Source of the DNA: a virus
Taxonomy: Duplodnaviria; Heunggongvirae; Uroviricota; Caudoviricetes
Length of the DNA: 64,000 bases
Virus record (IMG/VR): IMGVR_UViG_3300042892_004166
Coordinates: 15,097 to 79,096 of that record
Direction: 5' to 3' (one strand)
Positions within the stretch are counted from its first letter, which is position 1. Each line of letters starts with the position of its first letter. The notes under the pieces were generated by a model, which saw only the letters and a list, made by a program, of their open reading frames with translations, was not told where the DNA came from and made no database searches. A program made the position numbers and the translations under genes. This document shows positions 8,907 to 17,660 of the stretch, piece by piece.

Positions 8907-9425
8907 ATGGCGAAAGCAAAACAAAAATCTACAGCAGAATTAAAAGACCTACGTTCTCAATTAGAAATTGAAGTTAACGAGGCACAAAAAGACTTAGCAG
9001 AAAAGAAATATTCTGTAAATCTTGAAAGCATCCAAAACATTAACGCTATCTTAAAGCAAATTGACAAAAATTACGAGTGGAGTATTAAAAATGCTGCTTT
9101 TGTAATTAACCTTTATGATGCATTAGCAGACCAAAAGAAACAATTCCAAATCGCAGACAAGGGAGAATCTACTGTTCAACTTAGTGGAGTTCAACTTAAT
9201 CAATTGTACACTATTATCACAAACATAACAGGTACTGGTATTGATGGAGCTAAAATCTTTACTAGATTACTAACAAATGTAGGTGCTCAAATCTCAAATG
9301 CCTTAAATGAAATGGCTGAGGCTAACAAGGTAATCCAAGAGAAACACGTTCAATTAGCAGAACTTGATGTTGCTATTGATGAAGCAGAAAAACCTGAGGT
9401 TGCAGTAGAAGAAATCGCACAATAA
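8907..9425 (+). CDS. Hypothetical coiled-coil protein
   Basis: ORF track. Confidence 0.4.
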   Translation: MAKAKQKSTAELKDLRSQLEIEVNEAQKDLAEKKYSVNLESIQNINAILKQIDKNYEWSIKNAAFVINLYDALADQKKQFQIADKGESTVQLSGVQLNQLYTIITNITGTGIDGAKIFTRLLTNVGAQISNALNEMAEANKVIQEKHVQLAELDVAIDEAEKPEVAVEEIAQ

Positions 9426-9427
9426 TT

Positions 9428-9964
9428 ATGAAATTAGCAAGTAAATCTAAAAAACGTTTAGATTTGCTAGAAGCTATCCAAGACGGCATTACTACTCGTG
9501 ATGTTTTTGAAACAATTGGCTACAAGAATCAAAGTGAGGATAAAATAATTCAATTTATTTATCCTCACCTTCTTACTCAGTTGACAGAATATGTCATGGA
9601 AAAGAAGGGCTTTAGCAGATCTCTTGCCAAAGAAAAAGCAAGAACAATGATTAAATGGGAGGGTAATGTAAATACCACTGTGAAACAAATTCAATTCATG
9701 GGGACTCAAAACCGTCCGGATATGACAATCCAAAGCGAAGGGGTTACTATTGCCATCGAATTTAAGAAGGGAGACAGAGGTTCATCCTTACGAGAAGGAT
9801 TTGGACAATCAATAGTATATTCAACTGCTTATGATTTTGTTATTTATATGTTTATTGATGTTAGTGAGGATGGTAGAATCGTCAAAGGCTCATCTGCAGT
9901 AAATGAACAAAAATTCTTAGAGAATTTGTGGGATAATTTTAACGTAAAATTTGCAATAGTTTAA
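9428..9964 (+). CDS. Hypothetical protein, possible PD-(D/E)xK fold (PDMTI...IEFKKG)
   Basis: ORF track; weak motif. Confidence 0.3.
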   Translation: MKLASKSKKRLDLLEAIQDGITTRDVFETIGYKNQSEDKIIQFIYPHLLTQLTEYVMEKKGFSRSLAKEKARTMIKWEGNVNTTVKQIQFMGTQNRPDMTIQSEGVTIAIEFKKGDRGSSLREGFGQSIVYSTAYDFVIYMFIDVSEDGRIVKGSSAVNEQKFLENLWDNFNVKFAIV

Positions 9965-10482
9965 TGAAAACATTCGTAACATCAAATCAGCAATTTGGCC
10001 GACCAGGTGCCATAAAATCATATAAAAGACCCTTCGAGGATGTCCAAGAAATGAATCAAACTCTTTTTGAATCATGGAATTCAACAGTCTCTCCGGAAGA
10101 TATAGTGTACGTTTTAGGTAACTTTGCATGGGACCCAGAAACTGCGGAATATTTCCTTAGAAACCTGAACGGGACTATTATTAATATAGACGGAGAATTT
10201 GACCAGGCCCTTGAAGAGCTAGAAGAGACCGCCTCTGCCCTAGATATTGACTTTTTTAATGGACTATTAGAAGTCTTTTCAGAAGAGAACGCAGTTCTTT
10301 CATATTGGCCTCTCCTTGAATGGCCACGCAAATCAAAAGGTGCCTATTCAATCATAGGATTTCCGAATAAAAAGTATGCAAGTAACCATAAGACCAAAAC
10401 AATTAATTGTTGTTGTGACTTTTGGGAATTTAAACCCGTAGAATTATCCAAGATAATTGAGCTCTTCAATGAAGTAGAATAA
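9964..10482 (+). CDS. Hypothetical protein
   Basis: ORF track. Confidence 0.4.
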   Translation: MKTFVTSNQQFGRPGAIKSYKRPFEDVQEMNQTLFESWNSTVSPEDIVYVLGNFAWDPETAEYFLRNLNGTIINIDGEFDQALEELEETASALDIDFFNGLLEVFSEENAVLSYWPLLEWPRKSKGAYSIIGFPNKKYASNHKTKTINCCCDFWEFKPVELSKIIELFNEVE

Positions 10483-10483
10483 T

Positions 10484-10566
10484 GTTAATAACTTTAACAA
10501 AATTTTAACACTCTAGTGTTTCCCTATTCAAAAAATTGTATTATATTTACATTATAATTAAAAAAC
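10484..10566 (+). promoter_or_regulatory. Intergenic cassette copy
   Basis: GTTAATAACTTTAACAAAATTTTAACAC ... TTGTATTATATTTACATTATAATTAAAAAAC. ATG at 10577. Confidence 0.55.
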
Positions 10567-10576
10567 AAAAACAAAT

Positions 10577-11191
10577 ATGGCATCTAAATCTTACAGAGAA
10601 TTAACAGAGAATTTTTTATCAACCCGTTCTGAAGCAGACTTTACTGCACTTTTTTACAAAGTAAAACCAGGACTTACGACTTATATTAATAAAATAGTAA
10701 AAGATCGCGAAATGGCTGAAGATATTGCCGTAAACACTTTAACAAAATTGTGGACTAAAATTGATCAATATGACCCACAATACCAGATCACTACATGGTT
10801 GTACCGAATTGCATTCAATGATGCATTAGGACATATCAATAATAGAAACAAACAATCCTCCCTGGATGCCCTATCTGATTACGGTGTTGAAGTAAGTGAG
10901 AATGGTGAATTTGTAAGTGGCTCAAAAGGATTAAATGGTGCTATTGAAGATTACGTAATGAAAACCGAACAGGATTTCCTTGAGGAAGATGACGAACTTA
11001 TGGCAAAGTATGGTCGTGCTCTTACTGAAATTGAAAACCTGAAAGGAATGTACCGTGAAATTGTAATTGATCGTTTGATTAATGAGATGAAGTACGAAGA
11101 AATCGCAGAAAAACATGACTTACCGCTACAAACTATTAAAAACCGTATTCGTAGAGGTAAAGCAATCATCGAAGAAAATATGATGTCGTAA
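10577..11191 (+). CDS. Sigma-70 family (ECF-type) RNA polymerase sigma factor
   Basis: Region 2-like DPQYQITTWLYRIAFNDALGHINNR. Region 4 HTH YEEIAEKHDLPLQTIKNRIRRGKAII. Confidence 0.65.
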   Translation: MASKSYRELTENFLSTRSEADFTALFYKVKPGLTTYINKIVKDREMAEDIAVNTLTKLWTKIDQYDPQYQITTWLYRIAFNDALGHINNRNKQSSLDALSDYGVEVSENGEFVSGSKGLNGAIEDYVMKTEQDFLEEDDELMAKYGRALTEIENLKGMYREIVIDRLINEMKYEEIAEKHDLPLQTIKNRIRRGKAIIEENMMS

Positions 11192-11403
11192 TGGTTGTTG
11201 TTGTCTATAGAAAATCTAGCAGTTCAAAAACAAAATACATGATTGTGTTTGAGAATGAACAAAACCCGGATAAAATTATAAATCTGAATGCCAGGAAACC
11301 AATGATTCCGAATAATTATATTATCGATGAGATTGGAGTTGGTGGCAGTTTTATAGAGAGCTATAAAAAACAACATAAAATTAAAAAACATGAAGTTTGT
11401 TAA
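11191..11403 (+). CDS. Hypothetical protein (ATGA-coupled to the sigma factor)
   Basis: ORF track. Confidence 0.35.
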   Translation: MVVVVYRKSSSSKTKYMIVFENEQNPDKIINLNARKPMIPNNYIIDEIGVGGSFIESYKKQHKIKKHEVC

Positions 11404-11406
11404 ATT

Positions 11407-11488
11407 GTTAATAACTTTTTGAAAATAATTAACCTGACATTTTACCGTGTCAGGTTTTTTGTTTATATTTACATATTAAATTTAATTA
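11407..11488 (+). promoter_or_regulatory. Intergenic cassette copy with hairpin ACCTGACAttttaccgTGTCAGGT
   Basis: Compensatory stem variant of the hairpin. Core TTGTTTATATTTACATATTAAATT. ATG at 11490. Confidence 0.6.
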
Positions 11489-11489
11489 A

Positions 11490-12053
11490 ATGAAAGCAAT
11501 AAAACTAATTGACAACATCTATTTAATTGAAGATATATTGGACATTGATAATTATCCAAATCTTTTTGATAGTGTTAAAGTAGAAGCCAGTTTTGATAAA
11601 CCCGGTCGAGGTGGTAGAAAAATGTGTAGAATGACCGATAAGGGTATTACATACACACTATTTGGCAAAAAGTATGGTCGAAAAAACTACTCTGAAACTG
11701 TTTTAAGAATTAAAAAAGAATTAGAGGAGAAGTTACCTGTTAACGCTGATTATTTTAATACATGCACTCTTAATTATTATAATAGTGGAAATTGTTCTTT
11801 TAGGGATCATACCGACAAAATGCCAGACCTAGAACAACCAATGATTGTTGCGACACTTACACTCGGCAATTCTAATCGTAAAATGAGATTGATTAATAGA
11901 TTTACCAACATTGGATACGAGGTTGTACTAAAACATAATTCTATGTTATTTATGGGTCCTGGTATGCAAGACATATATTTACATGGAATTCCAAAAGAAA
12001 AAAATGATGTAGAACCTCGATTAAGTTTAAGCTTTCGAAGACAAAAACTTTAA
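11490..12053 (+). CDS. 2OG-Fe(II) oxygenase, AlkB-like
   Basis: NYYNSGNCSFRDHTD (HxD) ... LINRF ... HGIP distal His. Motif spacing typical of AlkB. Confidence 0.5.
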   Translation: MKAIKLIDNIYLIEDILDIDNYPNLFDSVKVEASFDKPGRGGRKMCRMTDKGITYTLFGKKYGRKNYSETVLRIKKELEEKLPVNADYFNTCTLNYYNSGNCSFRDHTDKMPDLEQPMIVATLTLGNSNRKMRLINRFTNIGYEVVLKHNSMLFMGPGMQDIYLHGIPKEKNDVEPRLSLSFRRQKL

Positions 12054-12126
12054 CAAAAAATTAACATTTTAGATTTTCAGGATTCTAAACTATTGATTAT
12101 ATTTACATATCTAATTTTAACAAAGA
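12048..12126 (+). promoter_or_regulatory. Intergenic cassette copy
   Basis: CTTTAACAAAAAATTAACA ... TTGATTATATTTACATATCTAATTTTAAC. ATG at 12133. Confidence 0.55.
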
Positions 12127-12132
12127 AACACT

Positions 12133-12441
12133 ATGAAAAATTTTAAGGTACTTTCAATCGAAGACGCAGACGAATCAGGAACATCACTTCAAGGTTATAT
12201 TGTTGCAACTTATAGTCAATTACTAGAGGCACTAGGAGAACCTACATACAATGAGCCAAGTGGAGATAATAAAGTTCAAGTTGAATGGGTTGTAGATTTT
12301 GAAGGTGATATTTTTACAATATATGACTGGAAGACCGGTTCAAGAGAATACACTGAAAATGAATTGATGAAATTTAATGTTGGAGGTAAAGTATCAGCAT
12401 CAGATTTTATTCAAGAAGTAGAATCTCAAATCAACAAATAA
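12133..12441 (+). CDS. Hypothetical acidic protein
   Basis: ORF track. Confidence 0.4.
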   Translation: MKNFKVLSIEDADESGTSLQGYIVATYSQLLEALGEPTYNEPSGDNKVQVEWVVDFEGDIFTIYDWKTGSREYTENELMKFNVGGKVSASDFIQEVESQINK

Positions 12442-12442
12442 G

Positions 12443-12592
12443 ATGGGAGACAAAGATACAAATGCAGTAATTTTGATAATTGCTTTAATGGCTTTCCTAT
12501 TTGGATTCTTGGTCGCAGAAGCAATTTACAATGAAAGGCCAATGACTGAAGAGGAATATTATGAACTACAAAAATCACAATGGTATGAGTAA
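12443..12592 (+). CDS. Small membrane protein (49 aa)
   Basis: Hand-translated; one TM helix. Confidence 0.25.
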   Translation: MGDKDTNAVILIIALMAFLFGFLVAEAIYNERPMTEEEYYELQKSQWYE

Positions 12593-12968
12593 AGAACTAT
12601 TTTTATTAAGAGGACTACCAGGAGCTGGAAAATCTACGCTGGCAGAATCATTAAATTGTTATCGTTTAGAAGCAGACCAGTATTTTATGAGTAATGGTAC
12701 TTATGAATTTAATGCAACTAAATTAAAAGATGCGCATGAATGGTGTAGAATCCGATGTGAAGAGTTTATGCAAATGGAACTTAAAATAGCAGTAGCAAAC
12801 ACATTTACCCAAGAATGGGAAATGCAAGCCTACTATGATTTGGCTGAAAAATATGACTATAGAGTATACTCCTTAATCGTAGAAAACCGACATGGAGGGG
12901 TAAATGAGCACAATGTTCCGCAAGAAACATTAGAAAAAATGAAACAAAGATTTGAAGTAAAACTATAA
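12561..12968 (+). CDS. P-loop kinase resembling the kinase domain of T4 polynucleotide kinase (no phosphatase domain)
   Basis: LLRGLPGAGKSTLAES Walker A, compare T4 Pnk GCPGSGKST. Start may be the internal ATG at 12585. Confidence 0.45.
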   Translation: MNYKNHNGMSKELFLLRGLPGAGKSTLAESLNCYRLEADQYFMSNGTYEFNATKLKDAHEWCRIRCEEFMQMELKIAVANTFTQEWEMQAYYDLAEKYDYRVYSLIVENRHGGVNEHNVPQETLEKMKQRFEVKL

Positions 12969-12971
12969 AGG

Positions 12972-13355
12972 ATGGAAAACATTTTTAAAGTTGCCAAATA
13001 CGAAAAGACGGATGAAGGGTTTAAACACCTTGGATATGATGAGTATCAAATCACATATCTTAAAGGTAATAAACCCCATCAAATCCGGGTAGTTGTTAAT
13101 GGTATTTTAACAAATAGAGTTATTAATTTAATCGATGGTAATTCTGGCTATAAAAATCAAATACTATCCGCAATTAGTGATGTTAAAAATGTTAAAATAG
13201 ATTTAAAAACAAGACCGTCAGAAAAAAAGAAGGTAACATTAGCATACATTGGAACATTTTATAGTAAGTTAATCGTTAAAAACGTTAAGAACTATTTGAT
13301 AGGAATTAACAAAGAAGAGAGAAGAGACACATTAACCAAATATGAATTAATATAA
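12972..13355 (+). CDS. Hypothetical protein
   Basis: ORF track. Confidence 0.4.
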   Translation: MENIFKVAKYEKTDEGFKHLGYDEYQITYLKGNKPHQIRVVVNGILTNRVINLIDGNSGYKNQILSAISDVKNVKIDLKTRPSEKKKVTLAYIGTFYSKLIVKNVKNYLIGINKEERRDTLTKYELI

Positions 13356-14479
13356 TGGAAAATCAAAATTCAGTTTGCTACGTAGCAAAAATAAATGAAG
13401 TTCGAGCAATCGAAGGAGCAGATAACATCGAATTAGTTATCGCAGGTGGATGGAATGCCATCACAAAGAAAGGTGAATTTAGAGAAGGTTCCCTAACAGT
13501 AATTGCAACAACAGATGCAGTAATACCTGAAGCCCTTTCTGAAAAAATGGGAGTTGCAAACTACCTAAGAAAAGGTACAAGAGTCCGAACTGTAAAATTG
13601 CGTGGAGTCTATTCAGAATGTTTAATCATTCCAGTTACATATATTAGAGCAAAATCTATTGTAGAAGGAAAGGATTTAATGGAAGAGTTAGGTATCACTA
13701 AATATGAGCCACCAGTTAAACAAATCCAATTAGCATCTGGTAGAAAAATCAAATGGAGAGATAACCAAAACTTCCATATCTACTACAAGTTTCCAAACTT
13801 GAAAAATGTGGCTGGATTATTTACTGAAGCGGATGAGGTTCAAATCACCAGAAAATTGCACGGAACAAATGCACGTTATGGTATTGTAAAGAAATCTAAA
13901 TTGACCCTTTGGGACAGAGTAAGAAAATTCTTAAGAATTGCTGACGAATGGGTTAACTACGAGTACATTTATGGTTCTCATAATTGTGAGAAAGGATCTG
14001 ATTCTCAAGGATTTTATTCAACTGACGTTTGGAGAACAACTGCCGAAGAATATGGTATCAAAGAAAAACTTTGGAGAGCTGTAAAAAGAAAATCAGTCGA
14101 AGAAATTGGTTCTGGTTTTGTTTTGTATGGTGAAATCTATGGTGCAGGAATTCAAAAGAACTATGAATATGGTTTAAAAGATACTAGATTTGCTGCATTT
14201 GATTTAACAATTGATGGAAAGTATATGGACCCTGAATTAACAGAATACATTGTTGAGGAAGTTCTAGAACTCTCTCATGTTACAGTTCTTTATGAAGGAT
14301 TATGGAATCAAGAGGTACAAGATGGTTTGGTTTTCGGTAACTTCATCGACGGTACTAAAGTCCCACATGAAGGAATTGTAATCAAGCACATTACTGGTGA
14401 AAGACAAAAAGTTGCGAAAGTAATTAATCCAGACTACTTGATTTATGGTGAAAAGAATAACGTAGGAGATTCTCACTGA
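13355..14479 (+). CDS. RNA ligase, Rnl2-like covalent nucleotidyltransferase with N-terminal extension
   Basis: Motif I KLHGTNARYG resembles T4 Rnl2 KIHGTN. Downstream acidic and lysine motifs. Confidence 0.5.
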   Translation: MENQNSVCYVAKINEVRAIEGADNIELVIAGGWNAITKKGEFREGSLTVIATTDAVIPEALSEKMGVANYLRKGTRVRTVKLRGVYSECLIIPVTYIRAKSIVEGKDLMEELGITKYEPPVKQIQLASGRKIKWRDNQNFHIYYKFPNLKNVAGLFTEADEVQITRKLHGTNARYGIVKKSKLTLWDRVRKFLRIADEWVNYEYIYGSHNCEKGSDSQGFYSTDVWRTTAEEYGIKEKLWRAVKRKSVEEIGSGFVLYGEIYGAGIQKNYEYGLKDTRFAAFDLTIDGKYMDPELTEYIVEEVLELSHVTVLYEGLWNQEVQDGLVFGNFIDGTKVPHEGIVIKHITGERQKVAKVINPDYLIYGEKNNVGDSH

Positions 14480-14480
14480 T

Positions 14481-14936
14481 ATGGCAGTTGATTACAAAAG
14501 AGTACTTCTAGGAATGCTAGGAGAAAAGATAGTTGCAAAACACTTTAGGGATTCCGGACATCAGGTCGAGGAATCCCTAAACGTTTTTGATTCGGATAAA
14601 GATATGATAATTGATGGATATAACATTGAGGTAAAAACAAATGCACCCTTAATCTATTACGATTCGTTTTCATTTCCAAAGAGCCAACATGATAAGATTA
14701 TGAATTCACATCGGGTTTATTGGGTTTCAGTCCCATTACAAACTCAAGAGGACCAATTTGCGGGTTGCATTTTTGAAATGGACCCTAAGGTCGCAAAACT
14801 GCATACAATTAAATTTAATTCTGGAACAACTGCAATTGGAATCCGTCGACAACAAGACGGAATGAAGGTGATTCATAAGATTGAAGACCCTACTATATTA
14901 AAACAACTTAAAGAACTTTCGTCTTCGTATTTATAA
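14481..14936 (+). CDS. Hypothetical protein, possible Mrr-cat/restriction-endonuclease-like fold
   Basis: GEKIVAKHFRDSGHQV ... DMIIDG ... NIEVKT pattern. Confidence 0.3.
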   Translation: MAVDYKRVLLGMLGEKIVAKHFRDSGHQVEESLNVFDSDKDMIIDGYNIEVKTNAPLIYYDSFSFPKSQHDKIMNSHRVYWVSVPLQTQEDQFAGCIFEMDPKVAKLHTIKFNSGTTAIGIRRQQDGMKVIHKIEDPTILKQLKELSSSYL

Positions 14937-14948
14937 GATATATAATAC

Positions 14949-15893
14949 ATGAAAAGAATTAAATTATTTGAACAGTTTATTGCAGAGAAGGAAGACAATT
15001 CCGATTTGCATAAAATCTATTTGGCTATTAATCCTGATAGTGGGCATAGATGGTGGTCTTATAAAGACTTCGCCGGAGATAATTTCTTTGTACAGGTAAC
15101 ACTTGATAATTACAAAGACATTAACATCAATTCAGAATACCCAATCCTTACATACAATTCTAAAGTAACTCAAAAGCTCCTAGATGAAGGGTTAATTAAA
15201 AAAGAAAATGTCTATAACCTACCAGAACATATCAAACAATCTGGTTCCAAGGCAGAATTTCATAAGTTGGTTGATGGTGATGAAAACATCCCAAAAACTG
15301 CGCATAATGAAAAAGATGCCCTAAAAATTGGATTCCCATTAATTGGAAAACCAGCAGAAGGACACTCAGGACTTGGTATTCAAATCTTTAAGGACCAGAA
15401 ATCATGGGACGATGCAGACCATTCGAAGTTGGATGTTTATTCAGAATATATTGACAAAGCAGCCGAACACAGATTGATTACATTTAAGGGTAAACCATTT
15501 TTCTGGATGGAAAGAAACCCATTGAATGCTAAAGCAAAATCTGGAGAAGGAAAAGGAGACGAACAAATGATGTTTAAATACATTAAAAAGGACGTTACCA
15601 AAATACCACAGAAATTTAATGACCTAGTTGAAAAATTCGGTAAAATATTCTCAGACTTGCCATATATCTGTTTTGATATTATGGAAGATAAATCTGGAAA
15701 ACTATATATAATTGAAAGTAACAGTCAGCCGGGAGTACCATTTGATTCTACAGTTCAGGCATACAGACAATTATTTAATGATTTTTACGGTCGTGATGTA
15801 AATCCAGCGGCTAACACCGAGCTCGAGAAATTGAGTGACTATATGATTAAGAAAACCCTGGACTTTGACCCAAAAAGATTTGAAGTAGAATGA
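14949..15893 (+). CDS. CTS-like family protein 2 with ATP-grasp-like ligase fold
   Basis: N-terminus MKRIKLFEQFIAEKE. GFPLIGKPAEGHSGLGIQIF and YIIESNSQPGVPF resemble the ATP-grasp K-loop and the EVNxxPG motif. Confidence 0.45.
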   Translation: MKRIKLFEQFIAEKEDNSDLHKIYLAINPDSGHRWWSYKDFAGDNFFVQVTLDNYKDININSEYPILTYNSKVTQKLLDEGLIKKENVYNLPEHIKQSGSKAEFHKLVDGDENIPKTAHNEKDALKIGFPLIGKPAEGHSGLGIQIFKDQKSWDDADHSKLDVYSEYIDKAAEHRLITFKGKPFFWMERNPLNAKAKSGEGKGDEQMMFKYIKKDVTKIPQKFNDLVEKFGKIFSDLPYICFDIMEDKSGKLYIIESNSQPGVPFDSTVQAYRQLFNDFYGRDVNPAANTELEKLSDYMIKKTLDFDPKRFEVE

Positions 15894-16408
15894 AAAAAGT
15901 AAAATTATTTGAAGAGTTCCTAGACGAAAAAAAGAAGGGTCTTTGGGACAATATATGGGCTAAAAGAAAGCGCGGCGAAAAACCTGCAAAGCCAGGTGAT
16001 AAAGATTATCCCGATGAAGAGGACTGGGAGGACGCGCAAGAATCTGTTGTTTTAGAATCAGAAGATACTTACAATGACTATCCTGCTGCCGCAAAGGAGA
16101 ATGCAAAGAAGGCCCTGGATTGGAGAGACCAATATGGACGTGATGAAGTAACTGCAGGTACTCCAGTCGGATGGCAACGCGCAAATCAGTTGGCAAAAGG
16201 AGAAAAACTTTCGCAAGATGTAGTTTCCCGAATGGCACAATTTAATCGACATAGAAAGAACTCGAAAATAGCACCAGAACATAAATCAGAACCGTGGAAA
16301 GACAATGGATATGTTGCATGGTTGATTTGGGGTGGAGATGAAGGAGTTGATTGGGCTATGAAAAAAATGGATGAAATTAATAAAAAAGAAAATAATGAAA
16401 AGAATTAA
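15890..16408 (+). CDS. CTS-like family protein 3, acidic and basic segments
   Basis: N-terminus MKKVKLFEEFLDEKKKG. Confidence 0.45.
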   Translation: MKKVKLFEEFLDEKKKGLWDNIWAKRKRGEKPAKPGDKDYPDEEDWEDAQESVVLESEDTYNDYPAAAKENAKKALDWRDQYGRDEVTAGTPVGWQRANQLAKGEKLSQDVVSRMAQFNRHRKNSKIAPEHKSEPWKDNGYVAWLIWGGDEGVDWAMKKMDEINKKENNEKN

Positions 16409-16937
16409 ACTATTCGAAGAGTTCTTAAATGAAAAAATAAAAACAACACATGATTTTAATTGTGCAATGTTATATTTTGACTTTCCAGCAATGGCAACTC
16501 TACATCAATCAATAAGACCTGAAGATATTTTCACAGTAGAAGCTGATGAAAGTTACGGTCTTGAAAATGAACCACACTGTACTTTATTATACGGACTTCA
16601 CCCTGAAGTAACTGTTGATCAGGTTGCAGACAAATTAAAAGGGATTAAACTCGGAGAGTGCAAAGCCTACAATCTTTCTCTTTTTGAAAATGATAAATTT
16701 GATGTCCTAAAATTTGACATGGAAGGTGATAATCTTCATAATGCAAATAAATCACTTAGTGAACTTCCGCACACTACGGACTACCCAGATTATATGCCCC
16801 ACATGACTGTTGCCTACTTAAAACCAGGTAAAGGTTCTGAATATTTAAAGATACTAAATTCAGGAGAACATTCACTAAAACCGCTGCATATTACTTATAG
16901 TATGACAGATGGCTCTAAACAAAAAATAGATTTATAA
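16395..16937 (+). CDS. CTS-like family protein 4 with 2H phosphoesterase (LigT-like) fold
   Basis: N-terminus MKRIKLFEEFLNEK (the track's 16371 start is an upstream extension). Two H-x-T-x motifs, HCTLLYGL and PHMTVAYL. Confidence 0.55.
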   Translation: MKRIKLFEEFLNEKIKTTHDFNCAMLYFDFPAMATLHQSIRPEDIFTVEADESYGLENEPHCTLLYGLHPEVTVDQVADKLKGIKLGECKAYNLSLFENDKFDVLKFDMEGDNLHNANKSLSELPHTTDYPDYMPHMTVAYLKPGKGSEYLKILNSGEHSLKPLHITYSMTDGSKQKIDL

Positions 16938-16939
16938 TT

Positions 16940-17119
16940 ATGACACAAGAATCATTAGACAAAACATTAGGATTTGTTAGACACATTTTAACATTCGTAG
17001 GAGGTTACCTTGTAACTTCAGGAGTTTTAACAGAAGTAACACTTAACACTGGAATCGGTGCAGTTGCAACTCTTATCGGAATAGTATGGTCAGTTATTGA
17101 TAAAAAGAAAAGAGAATAA
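16940..17119 (+). CDS. Small membrane protein (59 aa), holin-like size
   Basis: Hand-translated MTQESLDKTLGFVRHILTFVGGYLVTSGV...IGIVWSVIDKKKRE. Confidence 0.3.
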   Translation: MTQESLDKTLGFVRHILTFVGGYLVTSGVLTEVTLNTGIGAVATLIGIVWSVIDKKKRE

Positions 17120-17182
17120 TTTGAAACAAAAAGGTTTTAAATCATATAACTTTTAAATTAAATAACATTAAACTAAACCAAA

Positions 17183-17350
17183 ATGAAAAAAGTATTTTTA
17201 GCGATTGCATTTATGGCAACACTAGTAGCTACATCTTGTAAGCAAGTAGAAACTACAACTACCGGAACAGATTCAACAACAGTACAAGTTGATTCAGTAA
17301 AAGTAGACACCGTATCAGTAGACACTACAAAAGTAGACACTGTAAAGTAA
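17183..17350 (+). CDS. Small lipoprotein with VDT repeats
   Basis: Signal peptide + lipobox LVATSC. Repeats VDSVKVDTVSVDTTKVDTVK. Confidence 0.4.
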   Translation: MKKVFLAIAFMATLVATSCKQVETTTTGTDSTTVQVDSVKVDTVSVDTTKVDTVK

Positions 17351-17354
17351 TTAA

Positions 17355-17428
17355 ACTTTAACAAAATTTTAACACTCCAGACTTTCGGGTCTGGAGTTTT
17401 TTGTTTATATTTACATTATAATTAAAAC
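17355..17428 (+). promoter_or_regulatory. Intergenic cassette copy with hairpin CTCCAGActttcggGTCTGGAG
   Basis: Core TTGTTTATATTTACATTATAATTAAAAC. ATG at 17436. Confidence 0.6.
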
Positions 17429-17435
17429 ATCAATT

Positions 17436-17660
17436 ATGATACGAAGTAAACAAGTCAAAACCACCCCGATTATTATAGACCTTACAGGTCCTGATGGAAA
17501 TGCATTTGCTCTTATGGCTTACGCTAAACGATTTGCAACCCAGTTAGGATGGAAAGATAGAGGTGAAGCACTCATAAACGAAATGATGAGCGGAGACTAT
17601 GAGAATCTCTTACAAGCATTTGATAATGCATTCGGTGAATTCGTAATCCTAGAAAGATAA
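17436..17660 (+). CDS. Hypothetical protein
   Basis: ORF track. Confidence 0.4.
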   Translation: MIRSKQVKTTPIIIDLTGPDGNAFALMAYAKRFATQLGWKDRGEALINEMMSGDYENLLQAFDNAFGEFVILER

